A DNA stretch of 64,000 bases from Lentisphaeria bacterium (lineage in GTDB: Bacteria; Verrucomicrobiota; Lentisphaeria; Victivallales; UBA1829), in the NCBI GenBank assembly GCA_017503375.1, contig JAFVTF010000008.1, positions 64 to 64,063 of the forward strand, given 5' to 3'. The notes under the pieces are model-generated. The model made no database searches, was not told the origin of the DNA, and saw nothing but the letters and a program-made list of their open reading frames with translations. Shown here in pieces: positions 37,452 to 45,736 of the stretch (position 1 is its first letter; every line of letters starts with the position of its first letter). The position numbers were made by a program, and so were the translations under genes.

Positions 37452-38222
37452 ATGAAAACACAGAGAAAACAATTCACATTAATCGAATTGCTTGTCGTTA
37501 TTGCAATCATTGCAATTCTGGCAGGAATGCTGCTTCCGGCATTGAACAATTCAAGAGCAACAAGTTTGAGAACAAACTGTCAGGGCAATCTGAAACAATG
37601 GGGAACCGCGATACTCCAATATGCTTCAGATTATAACGATATCATTCTTCCCTGCAATGTCAAAGACAGTCCTGAGGAAAGCCGGGGAATGCTATACACC
37701 GATGTGACCCGCAGCTGGAATATGTTTGCCGCCCCTTACGTTGGGATGGATTTTACTGGGAAAGTCGCTGATAATGAAGGTTCAAGCAAAGGTGTTCCCC
37801 GGGAATGGCAGTTCGGTGTCATGAAATGTCCTGCGTCTCCGATCGGTGTTGGAACATTCATGTATGTTCAGTATGGAATGAATCAGTACAACACTGGCGG
37901 AAAACCTTATACTTCTCTTCCCGCCATTCAGAAATTCGGTCAGGCAAAACGTGCCAGCGGAATGTCTTATCTCATGGATTCCACAAATGTAAATACAAAT
38001 TTGGATGCTGTTGACACATCTCTGACAAAAGAACATGGGAGAGTTGCCACTACCCTCGGACAGTATTCCAACAGAAGCCGTCATCGCGGATACTGCAATA
38101 TCCTGTTCCTGGATGGTCATGTACAGTCTATGGCGGAAAAAGAAATGATGATGAACAAATGTTCCTCCAAATATGCTGAATTGAAAGTAAACGTACTTTT
38201 CGGCTTCGGCGGAAATTACTGA
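37452..38222 (+). CDS. Type IV pilin-like pseudopilin with H-X9-DG motif
   Basis: [36 protein letters not shown] and [12 protein letters not shown]. Start set at ATG 37452 (AAGGAGA RBS). The track start at 37332 lies inside paralogue C. Confidence 0.85.
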   Translation: MKTQRKQFTLIELLVVIAIIAILAGMLLPALNNSRATSLRTNCQGNLKQWGTAILQYASDYNDIILPCNVKDSPEESRGMLYTDVTRSWNMFAAPYVGMDFTGKVADNEGSSKGVPREWQFGVMKCPASPIGVGTFMYVQYGMNQYNTGGKPYTSLPAIQKFGQAKRASGMSYLMDSTNVNTNLDAVDTSLTKEHGRVATTLGQYSNRSRHRGYCNILFLDGHVQSMAEKEMMMNKCSSKYAELKVNVLFGFGGNY

Positions 38223-38234
38223 GTAAGGATAAAA

Positions 38235-39599
38235 ATGAATCAGTCAAATGTCAAAAACGAAACTGTCATGGAACGGCTTTGCAGAATCAAAGCTTCCCGT
38301 TCTCTGACCGGTGCTTTTGCAAACGTGCCCGCACGGGTTCTGCCCGCAAATACACATGTGAAATTTGAACTCAAAATACAGAATGCTTATTTCAAAAAAT
38401 ATGCAGATGAAATCGACGTGAAATATATCCGGGACGATCACCGTATGGCTGATGAATCAATCGCCCGTCTGACTCCCGACAGGGAACTGCTCTGGCAGAA
38501 AGTCAAATCCCATGTTTCCGGCGATACATTGTTCTTTGAACTGGATTTTTCCGGAGAACATGAACACTGGGTCGGAATTTCCGTGATCGACGGAACAACA
38601 GAATACCGGGAAGATTTTTATTTCTATACTCTGGAAGAAGACCTTCTGAAGTACAATGTTTATAAAGGAAGTGTTCATACCCACAGTACCGGATCTGACG
38701 GGAATTATCCTCCGGAATTTGTACCTGCTTACATGCGTCAGGCAGGGTATGACTTCACTGCCGTGACCGATCATAAAATCTATGAGCCAACCCTTCAGGC
38801 AATCGAAGCAATGAGCAAATTCGATTCCGGATTGGAAGTCTATCATGGAGAAGAAGCGGAAAGTTACGGGGCAGGAATCAATCATATCCTGAGTTTAGGC
38901 TCTTCCGCCTCTGTCAGCAATTGGGAATATGATCCCGAAAGCGATTTCAATGAACGGGTCGAAAAAATCAAACAGGAACTTGCCGGATATCCGGAACACG
39001 AAGCAAAATATGTTGCTCAGTTTGAAGCAATCACAAGCAAAATCAAAGAGCTGGGCGGGATTTCCGTCTTCTGCCATCCTTACTGGAAACAAAATGGACG
39101 TTATGCCAGTGCTCCGCTCATGACGGATCTCATTCTCCGGAGAGGAAACTTCGATGCGCTGGAACTGGGGAACTTCACCGTTCCGCGTATGGCATTGCTG
39201 AATGCCAAAGTCATGGAGGCTATCCGGGAATATCAGTTCCGGAAACCGTTCATCGGCAGCAGTGACTGGCATGGACGCCCCAGTCAGAAAGCAACCGTAG
39301 ACTATACCATCATCTTTGCGGACAGTGCAGCGTTCCCGGATTTTGCTGAAGCGGTTCGCTCGGAACGCTGTGTGGCAGTCGGCGGACAGAATGATGAATT
39401 CCCGTTCGGTCCATACCGTCTGGTGAAGTATGCACTGTTCCTGATGGATCACTATTTCAAGAAAATCCACGATCCTCTTTGCGCTCAGCAGGGGGATTTA
39501 ATATTGAAGGCGTTGAACGGAGATATGACCGTTCTTCCCGCCATCGCAGAGTTGAAAACACAAATAGCGGAAGCTCAAGCCGCTTTTTTCGGAAAGTAA
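38235..39599 (+). CDS. PHP-domain metal-dependent phosphoesterase-like protein
   Basis: PHP motifs VHTHSTGSDG, AVTDH, HGEE, FCHPYW, SSDWHG. An N-terminal ~140-aa extra domain. No obvious signal peptide. Confidence 0.7.
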   Translation: MNQSNVKNETVMERLCRIKASRSLTGAFANVPARVLPANTHVKFELKIQNAYFKKYADEIDVKYIRDDHRMADESIARLTPDRELLWQKVKSHVSGDTLFFELDFSGEHEHWVGISVIDGTTEYREDFYFYTLEEDLLKYNVYKGSVHTHSTGSDGNYPPEFVPAYMRQAGYDFTAVTDHKIYEPTLQAIEAMSKFDSGLEVYHGEEAESYGAGINHILSLGSSASVSNWEYDPESDFNERVEKIKQELAGYPEHEAKYVAQFEAITSKIKELGGISVFCHPYWKQNGRYASAPLMTDLILRRGNFDALELGNFTVPRMALLNAKVMEAIREYQFRKPFIGSSDWHGRPSQKATVDYTIIFADSAAFPDFAEAVRSERCVAVGGQNDEFPFGPYRLVKYALFLMDHYFKKIHDPLCAQQGDLILKALNGDMTVLPAIAELKTQIAEAQAAFFGK

Positions 39600-39608
39600 G
39601 AGGAATAA

Positions 39609-41336
39609 ATGAGTTTGATCAGTTACGCATCTACCGCATTGAAGGCGATTTCTGTTCCGTTCGGAACTGTTCCGGTGCAGGCAGATGATTTTTTCAAGTT
39701 CCACGGCGGCGAACCCGATGGAAAAATGGAAATGAAACTTTCCCGTTCCCGGACAGAACTTTTTCTGGAAGTGATCTGTCAGGAACCTGCTGAGATCCAC
39801 GCTCAGAATACAAAAAATGACTGGAGCATTTTTGAAAAAGGAGACCGTCTGGAAATCTTTTTCGGTACATTGGCTCCGGAACCGTGGCTGATGCAGTTTG
39901 CCATTGGCGCAGGCGGCGGAAAAGCCGACAACAGAGGTCTTGACGATCAATGGACCGCTGAGGTGGAAACCGGAACAAATTTTTGGAAAGCAAAAGCTGT
40001 ATTCCCTCTTTCCATTTTCAAAATGAACAATCTTTCCGTCTATTTCAATGTCTGCCGGTATGCTGAAGCCAGAAAGGAATATTCCTGCTGGACCAATCTG
40101 ACCCGCGGATTCCATGAAGTGGAAAATTACGGTCTCCTCCTGCTGGATGATTATTCCAGAGTTTACTTTGCAGAAACCGGAATTTACCCCGAAAAGGAAC
40201 TTTCCCGCGCAGAGTTTGAAACAGAAATGGAAAAACTCCGGGTTCCTGCTCACAAGATCCAGCATGGTCCCTGGATTACCAATCCGGCTCAGACAGAGAT
40301 GACTGTTTCTTTCGGAAGTGCCGGAAACTGCGGAGCATTTCTGGAATACCGTCAGAAAGGATCAGAAGAATGGACCCGGCTGGCATTTGACCGCCGGAAT
40401 GCGATCCTGATCCGCAACCGCAGAATCCATGTCCGCCATCTGCAGAATTTGAAACCCGGAACCGGTTATCAATACCGGGTCATTACACTGCATCCCATCA
40501 CCATGCAGGAAAATATCAGTGAAATTTATGAGTTCAAAACACTGGAAACAGAACGGAAAACATTCACGTTTACAGCATTTTCCGATCTTCATTCCAATAC
40601 CGGACGCGTTCGTGGACTGCTCGAAAAAGATGCCCTGAAAAAGAGTGATTTTCTGATCAATATCGGAGACCTCCTTTCCAGTGCCTGCGGAGATGAATCT
40701 TTCTACAACGGATTCCTGGATTTGGAAGCCGATTGGTGCAAAGAAACCGGAAAACCGCTGGTATTTATCCGCGGTAATCATGAACAGATCGGTTCTTTTG
40801 CCGGACTTTATCAGGAGCTGCTGCCCCATCCATCGGAAAAAAGCTATTTTACGTTCCGTCAGGGAGATACTCTTTTCATTGCTCTGGATGCCGGAAACGA
40901 TAAACCGGATGATGATGCCGGAATTTACAAGAATCAGGAAATGATTCAGGAACAGCAGGAATGGCTCAAAAAATTGTCCCGGACAGAAGAATACCGCAAT
41001 GCAAAATGGAGAATCGTTCTTATCCACATGCCCGTTTATGAACGGAGATATGATTCTGATATGGCATATTCCATGATCAGTCTGATCCCCGAAACAGATC
41101 TGATTCTCTCCGGTCACCTGCATAAATATTTTACCGTTGAACCGGAGACCGGAATCTGCAACTTCAAACGGGAAAACAGAACGACTGTTTCTGCCGATAA
41201 AATTCCCGCTTTGACCGTCGCTAACGATACTGATACTCTCCTTCAGGTGGATATCACAGAAGATCAGATCACAGTGAGTGCAATCAGCATTGACGGCGAA
41301 CTGATTGATTGCCGGACGGTTAAAGCAAAGAGATAA
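39609..41336 (+). CDS. Calcineurin-like metallophosphoesterase with N-terminal CBM9-like and purple-acid-phosphatase-type Fn3-like domains
   Basis: The five MPE motifs are present: AFSDLHS, NIGDLLS, IRGNHE, VLIHMP, LSGHLH. Confidence 0.8.
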   Translation: MSLISYASTALKAISVPFGTVPVQADDFFKFHGGEPDGKMEMKLSRSRTELFLEVICQEPAEIHAQNTKNDWSIFEKGDRLEIFFGTLAPEPWLMQFAIGAGGGKADNRGLDDQWTAEVETGTNFWKAKAVFPLSIFKMNNLSVYFNVCRYAEARKEYSCWTNLTRGFHEVENYGLLLLDDYSRVYFAETGIYPEKELSRAEFETEMEKLRVPAHKIQHGPWITNPAQTEMTVSFGSAGNCGAFLEYRQKGSEEWTRLAFDRRNAILIRNRRIHVRHLQNLKPGTGYQYRVITLHPITMQENISEIYEFKTLETERKTFTFTAFSDLHSNTGRVRGLLEKDALKKSDFLINIGDLLSSACGDESFYNGFLDLEADWCKETGKPLVFIRGNHEQIGSFAGLYQELLPHPSEKSYFTFRQGDTLFIALDAGNDKPDDDAGIYKNQEMIQEQQEWLKKLSRTEEYRNAKWRIVLIHMPVYERRYDSDMAYSMISLIPETDLILSGHLHKYFTVEPETGICNFKRENRTTVSADKIPALTVANDTDTLLQVDITEDQITVSAISIDGELIDCRTVKAKR

Positions 41337-41352
41337 CCCGCTTACAGGAAAA

Positions 41353-41554
41353 GGCTTTATTCTCAATAAAGGGTGTTTTGTGATCGGGGAAGAAGGGAAA
41401 AACTTTTCAGGAAAGTTTTTCCCTTCTTCCCCGAACCCCATCATCCTTTTTCAAACCTTTTTGCGGCATTCCGATTTTTGCAACGCAAAAATCAAAATGC
41501 CATCATTGAGTTAAAAGAACAGAAAGATTTACCAACCCATATGGGGAACAGAGC
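41353..41554. repeat. Copy B of the hairpin-repeat family (inverted relative to copy C)
   Basis: Perfect 18-bp stem GGGGAAGAAGGGAAAAAC/GTTTTTCCCTTCTTCCCC (41386-41432). Second hairpin GATTTTTGCAACGCAAAAATC. Terminus GGGGAACAGAGC at 41543-41554. It fills the convergent junction. Confidence 0.8.
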
Positions 41555-41555
41555 T

Positions 41556-43574
41556 TCAGATATCTTCCAGAATACAGGTGAACTCACCGCGTTTTTCTAT
41601 TTTGAAGCGCATTCCCTGGGATGTTTCCAGCGTGCCTTTTGCATGAACTTCAGCCCGGGTTGCAAGCAATACCGGATTTCCCCAGTACTCTTCCACAGGA
41701 ACAGGCGAACCTTTCATCATGGAATAACGTTCCTCTTCCGGAAGTTCCACATGGGCATGAACCATTGCGGCACCGATCCGTCCGGCCTCTTCTGCCGCAA
41801 GACGGTTGGAAACCGGAAACGGCGGAATCGTTTTCAATATTATTTCCGGAAACTTTTTCTTCAGCTGAAAGTGGGAAAGATTTGCGGCACAAAAAAGCTT
41901 TTCACCCGCCCGTATTGAGCGTTCAACTTCTTTTTCCAGAATATTCCATTCCAGTTCCGACGTAAAGAACGGCAGTTCTTTTCCTCCATCGTATTTTGAA
42001 AGACCGCCCTTGAATTGCATCATTTCTGCATGCTTCAGTAAATTTTCAGCACATTGTTCTGAGCGTTTCCGAAGTTCTTCCGTGGAGATTTTATCGGCAA
42101 TCCAATCCCGGAATTGACGCCGGAGTTCTTTCAGGACCGGAGCCGGCAGAAACCAGTCTCCGGAAATTTCAATTTTCCGGACTTCCGGCGAAAAGGAAAG
42201 CGTTCCCAGCGTTTCAAAGGCTTCTTTCAGCTTGAGTTCTGTCACCGGGTATTTTTCTGACGGTTCCAGCACCAGAGGAACGGAAAAACTGTGCTGTTCC
42301 GCCTGAATGGTGAATTGTTGTCCGTTCAGTCCGATTTCAAGCTGTACAGCCGGTTTGAAGGGCGGAAGATTGCCAATCCGTTTTTCCATGGTATCATGGG
42401 TGTATCCGATCCGGTAAATAATCCCTCCCGCTGCAATATTCCGTCTTGGGGCTCCGATTGTACAGCGGCATCCTGCAGGGGCCTGTTTGACCTTTCCCGC
42501 AGACGTGGAGAGGTCCAGAACCGTAAACGCCTGTGCATCATCGCCATTGACACTTTGCACCCGTATATTATCGCCTACATGCAAGCTGGCACTGAGTTCG
42601 GCCTCAAAGGAATTTTTTCCTGCACGGATCACCTTTCCCCGGATTTGACCGATTCCGCCGGGTGCATCGGAACGAATCAGATTCGATGAGGATTCTCTGG
42701 TATAATAACCGTGAGAACGTTCCCGGGAACAGGTTCTGTCTAAAATTTGATATGCTTCTTTGCGGGCCTCCGGATTTTCCGGATTGTCCAGAACAGTACG
42801 GTAGGCTTTTACCACACCGGAAACATAATCCGCTTTCCGCAGACGTCCTTCGATTTTCAGAGAGGAAATCCCCATCCGGATAAATTCCGGAACAAGATCC
42901 AATCCGCACAGGTCTCTGGTTGACAGGAAAAATCCGCTTTTTCCGGTAGAATCTTTATAAAGCATCCGGCAGGGCTGTTTGCACTTCCCCCGGTTGCCGC
43001 TGGCATCGCCATGACTGATCCGGGAAGATAAAAGACAAATCCCGGAAAGAGAACAGCACAGCGCACCATGAATGAAAACTTCCAGTTCAACAGGCGATTT
43101 TTTCACCATTTCCCGCAGTTCATCCAGTGTTGCAGCACGTTCCAGAATCACACGGGAACAACCCATTTCCGCAGCAGTTCTGATTCCCGCCGAATTGTGA
43201 ATCGCCATTTGGGTGGATGCGTGAATTTCCAATCCCGGAAAAAATTCCCGGATCATGGCAGCCGCCCCGATATCCTGAACAATCAGAGCGTCCGGATGAA
43301 GATAATGAAGCTCAGCAAGAGCCGCAGCCGCTTCCCGGAGTTCTGAATCCCGGAGCAATGTATTGAAGGTCAGATAAACTTTTTTTCCGTTCCGATGGGC
43401 ATACGTGATCAGCCGCCCCATCTCATCTGCGGAAAAATTATCTCCCCGCTCCCTTGCATTGAATTTTTTCAGCCCGGCATAAACTGCATCGGCTCCTGCA
43501 TCAAACGCCGCCAGAGCCGTATTCAAATTCCCGGCAGGCGCAAGCAATTCTGGAATATGAAGCGGGGTAGACAT
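41556..43574 (-). CDS. U32-family protein, long (RlhA/YdcP-length) class with Fe-S Cys motif
   Basis: ELLAPAGN...AGADAVYAG N-terminus, HGALCCSLSGICLLSS...CKQPC cysteine cluster, SLKIEGR motif. The track start at 43577 is GTG. ATG at 43574 overlaps the upstream stop (ATGA). Confidence 0.8.
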   Translation of the reverse strand: MSTPLHIPELLAPAGNLNTALAAFDAGADAVYAGLKKFNARERGDNFSADEMGRLITYAHRNGKKVYLTFNTLLRDSELREAAAALAELHYLHPDALIVQDIGAAAMIREFFPGLEIHASTQMAIHNSAGIRTAAEMGCSRVILERAATLDELREMVKKSPVELEVFIHGALCCSLSGICLLSSRISHGDASGNRGKCKQPCRMLYKDSTGKSGFFLSTRDLCGLDLVPEFIRMGISSLKIEGRLRKADYVSGVVKAYRTVLDNPENPEARKEAYQILDRTCSRERSHGYYTRESSSNLIRSDAPGGIGQIRGKVIRAGKNSFEAELSASLHVGDNIRVQSVNGDDAQAFTVLDLSTSAGKVKQAPAGCRCTIGAPRRNIAAGGIIYRIGYTHDTMEKRIGNLPPFKPAVQLEIGLNGQQFTIQAEQHSFSVPLVLEPSEKYPVTELKLKEAFETLGTLSFSPEVRKIEISGDWFLPAPVLKELRRQFRDWIADKISTEELRKRSEQCAENLLKHAEMMQFKGGLSKYDGGKELPFFTSELEWNILEKEVERSIRAGEKLFCAANLSHFQLKKKFPEIILKTIPPFPVSNRLAAEEAGRIGAAMVHAHVELPEEERYSMMKGSPVPVEEYWGNPVLLATRAEVHAKGTLETSQGMRFKIEKRGEFTCILEDI

Positions 43575-44083
43575 CACCGTACCGAGATCGTGTTCGTTTC
43601 CGGATAATAGGTCCCCGTTTTCCGCCCGTGAAGACCTTCTGTTTCAAATGAAACTCTTAACTCTTTTCCGTCCGGAGAGACTTCTTTCAAATCCATAATC
43701 CAAACTTTTCTGCCATTGTGGTTAAGATTGTTTCCAACTTCCCGGTAACGGTAAAACTTCAGCTGTTTTCCCTTCGCAGGAAGCTCAATGCGGACAATGG
43801 AGGTATTTTTCTGTCCGAACAAATGAACGGAAAGATAAATCAACGGTGCTTCGGAACAGCTGAACAGTTTTTCCTGATCAGCTCTGTTTCCGGGTACGGA
43901 AATTGCCTGCCGGTCATCCTCTCTGGAGAGAACCAGAAGCTCCCCGTCTTTACTCATTCCGGCTGAAACTCCGGATACCGTATTGATTACCTGAACAGTA
44001 AATTTTCCATACTTTTCATGGGCACAGCCGGAGAACAATGCAATAAGAACTCCGGCTGAGATCAGCAGGAACAGATTCCTCAT
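43574..44083 (-). CDS. Hypothetical lipoprotein
   Basis: Lipobox LFSGC after a hydrophobic leader (MRNLFLLISAGVLIALFSGC). ATGA overlaps with both neighbours. Confidence 0.65.
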   Translation of the reverse strand: MRNLFLLISAGVLIALFSGCAHEKYGKFTVQVINTVSGVSAGMSKDGELLVLSREDDRQAISVPGNRADQEKLFSCSEAPLIYLSVHLFGQKNTSIVRIELPAKGKQLKFYRYREVGNNLNHNGRKVWIMDLKEVSPDGKELRVSFETEGLHGRKTGTYYPETNTISVR

Positions 44084-45132
44084 TCCGCATCTTCTTTCTT
44101 ATCTGTCAAAGCAGCAAGAGCCGCTTCCAGCTGTTCAATACGGGCAGCCAGACGTTTGACTTTGCGGGGCAGAGTATGACGTTCAAAGTATTCTTTTTCA
44201 TTGGCTGCCGGTATTCCAATCATTGTAGCTCCCGGCGGAACACTGTGCTGAACTGCAGAAGCACCGGCAATCTTGCAGCCGTCTCCAAGTGTGATATGTC
44301 CGTTGATTCCTGCCTGAGCGGAAACCACAACTCCGCAGCCGATTTCCACACTGCCTGCAATTCCGCACTGACCGATCAGAACAGAGGAATTTCCTACAAT
44401 AACGTTATGGGCAATGTGAACCATATTGTCGATTTTGACACCCTTCTTGATCCAGGTTTTGCCGAAACGGGCACGGTCAATGGTGGAGTTTGCACCGATT
44501 TCAACATCATCGTCAATCTGAACAATACCGTTCTGCGGCACTTTCACCAATCCGCGGAATGTCGGTGTGAAACCGAAACCGTCTCCGCCGATGGCTGCAC
44601 CGGGATGAATAATGATCCTGTTTCCGAGAACACAGTAATGCATGATGGAAACATTCGCATTGATAAAACAGTTGTCGCCGACTTTGGCGAAATGTCCGAT
44701 GTAAGCTCCGCCGCAGATCACGGTGTTTTTCCCGACGGTTGCACCCTCCTGGATCACCGCATTGGGGCCGATGGATGCTGTGGGATCAACAACCGCTGTC
44801 GGATGGACAAATGCACCCGGCGCGATTCCCGGCTCATAATGAATCGGTTCCGGTGTGAACAGATTGCAGAGCTTTCCGAATGATTTATCTGCATCTTCAC
44901 ATACAATATAGGTCCGTTTTTCGCCGGGTTCCGCCTTGATATTCTGTCCGATCAGAATAATACCGGCTTTGCTGCTTTCCATTTTGTTAAGATATTTGAT
45001 CGTGGAAAGGAATGAAACATCCTGTGCTGTTGCAAGTGCAAGAGAGTTCACTCCGGAGATTTTGCGTTCTGCATCACCGAGAACTGTCCCGTTTACCATT
45101 TCTGCCAATTCTGCTGCTGTATATTCTGCCAT
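44080..45132 (-). CDS. lpxD: UDP-3-O-acylglucosamine N-acyltransferase
   Basis: The N-terminal domain (AELAEMVNGTVLGD...) is followed by a long left-handed beta-helix of hexapeptide repeats and a C-terminal helical tail. Position downstream of skp. Confidence 0.85.
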   Translation of the reverse strand: MAEYTAAELAEMVNGTVLGDAERKISGVNSLALATAQDVSFLSTIKYLNKMESSKAGIILIGQNIKAEPGEKRTYIVCEDADKSFGKLCNLFTPEPIHYEPGIAPGAFVHPTAVVDPTASIGPNAVIQEGATVGKNTVICGGAYIGHFAKVGDNCFINANVSIMHYCVLGNRIIIHPGAAIGGDGFGFTPTFRGLVKVPQNGIVQIDDDVEIGANSTIDRARFGKTWIKKGVKIDNMVHIAHNVIVGNSSVLIGQCGIAGSVEIGCGVVVSAQAGINGHITLGDGCKIAGASAVQHSVPPGATMIGIPAANEKEYFERHTLPRKVKRLAARIEQLEAALAALTDKKEDAE

Positions 45133-45150
45133 TTTCTTCTATCCTTTCCC

Positions 45151-45735
45151 TTATTTTGCAGGAGCTTTATTGTTCGTCCGGTGTCCGGCATTCAGCTCTT
45201 TCAGAACGGAATCGGTGATATCTGCTGCTTTTTCTGAGTACACCACAACCGGAAGTCCGGAAATCGAAAGAGCTTTGCTGTCCAATACCATATTATAACC
45301 ACCCAGAACTGCCCGGTTCTGAATGACTGCTTTTATATCATTCAGAATTTTGGTTCTCTGTTTATCCTGATCATCCCGGAGCTGTGCCTGTTTTTCCCGG
45401 TTATAATTTTTCAATTCATTTTCTTTTACAGTGATCTCTGCATACTTGTCCTTTGCCGCAAGGCGTTTGCTTTCTCTGGAAGCTTCCGTCAAAACAACAT
45501 TCAGTGCGGCATCACGCAATTCAATAAACTGCGCTCTCAAACGCTTGATCTCTTCCTGCAGTCTGATGGAATATTCCTTGTAAATATCCGCCTGCCGTTT
45601 CAGATTGGCTTCCACGATTTTTGTCTTGTAATATTCTCTGAACAGTCTGTCCATATCCACAACCGCAATTTTCTGTTGTGCCGAAACTGCAAATGCACAG
45701 AGAAATACCGTCAGAAGCAAAATCTTTTTCAGCAT
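45151..45735 (-). CDS. skp: OmpH/Skp-family periplasmic chaperone
   Basis: Signal peptide MLKKILLLTVFLCAFAVSAQ, then KIAVVDMDRLFREYYKTK and a long charged coiled coil. Start set at ATG 45735. Confidence 0.8.
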   Translation of the reverse strand: MLKKILLLTVFLCAFAVSAQQKIAVVDMDRLFREYYKTKIVEANLKRQADIYKEYSIRLQEEIKRLRAQFIELRDAALNVVLTEASRESKRLAAKDKYAEITVKENELKNYNREKQAQLRDDQDKQRTKILNDIKAVIQNRAVLGGYNMVLDSKALSISGLPVVVYSEKAADITDSVLKELNAGHRTNNKAPAK

Positions 45736-45736
45736 A

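Noticed and set aside
41353-41554. CRISPR array or tRNA-like sequence in the hairpin repeats (the GGGGTTCGGGG segment superficially resembles a T-arm)
   Set aside because: Copies are dispersed 18-40 kb apart with no regular repeat-spacer periodicity. No cloverleaf can be drawn, and no anticodon arm or acceptor stem is present.
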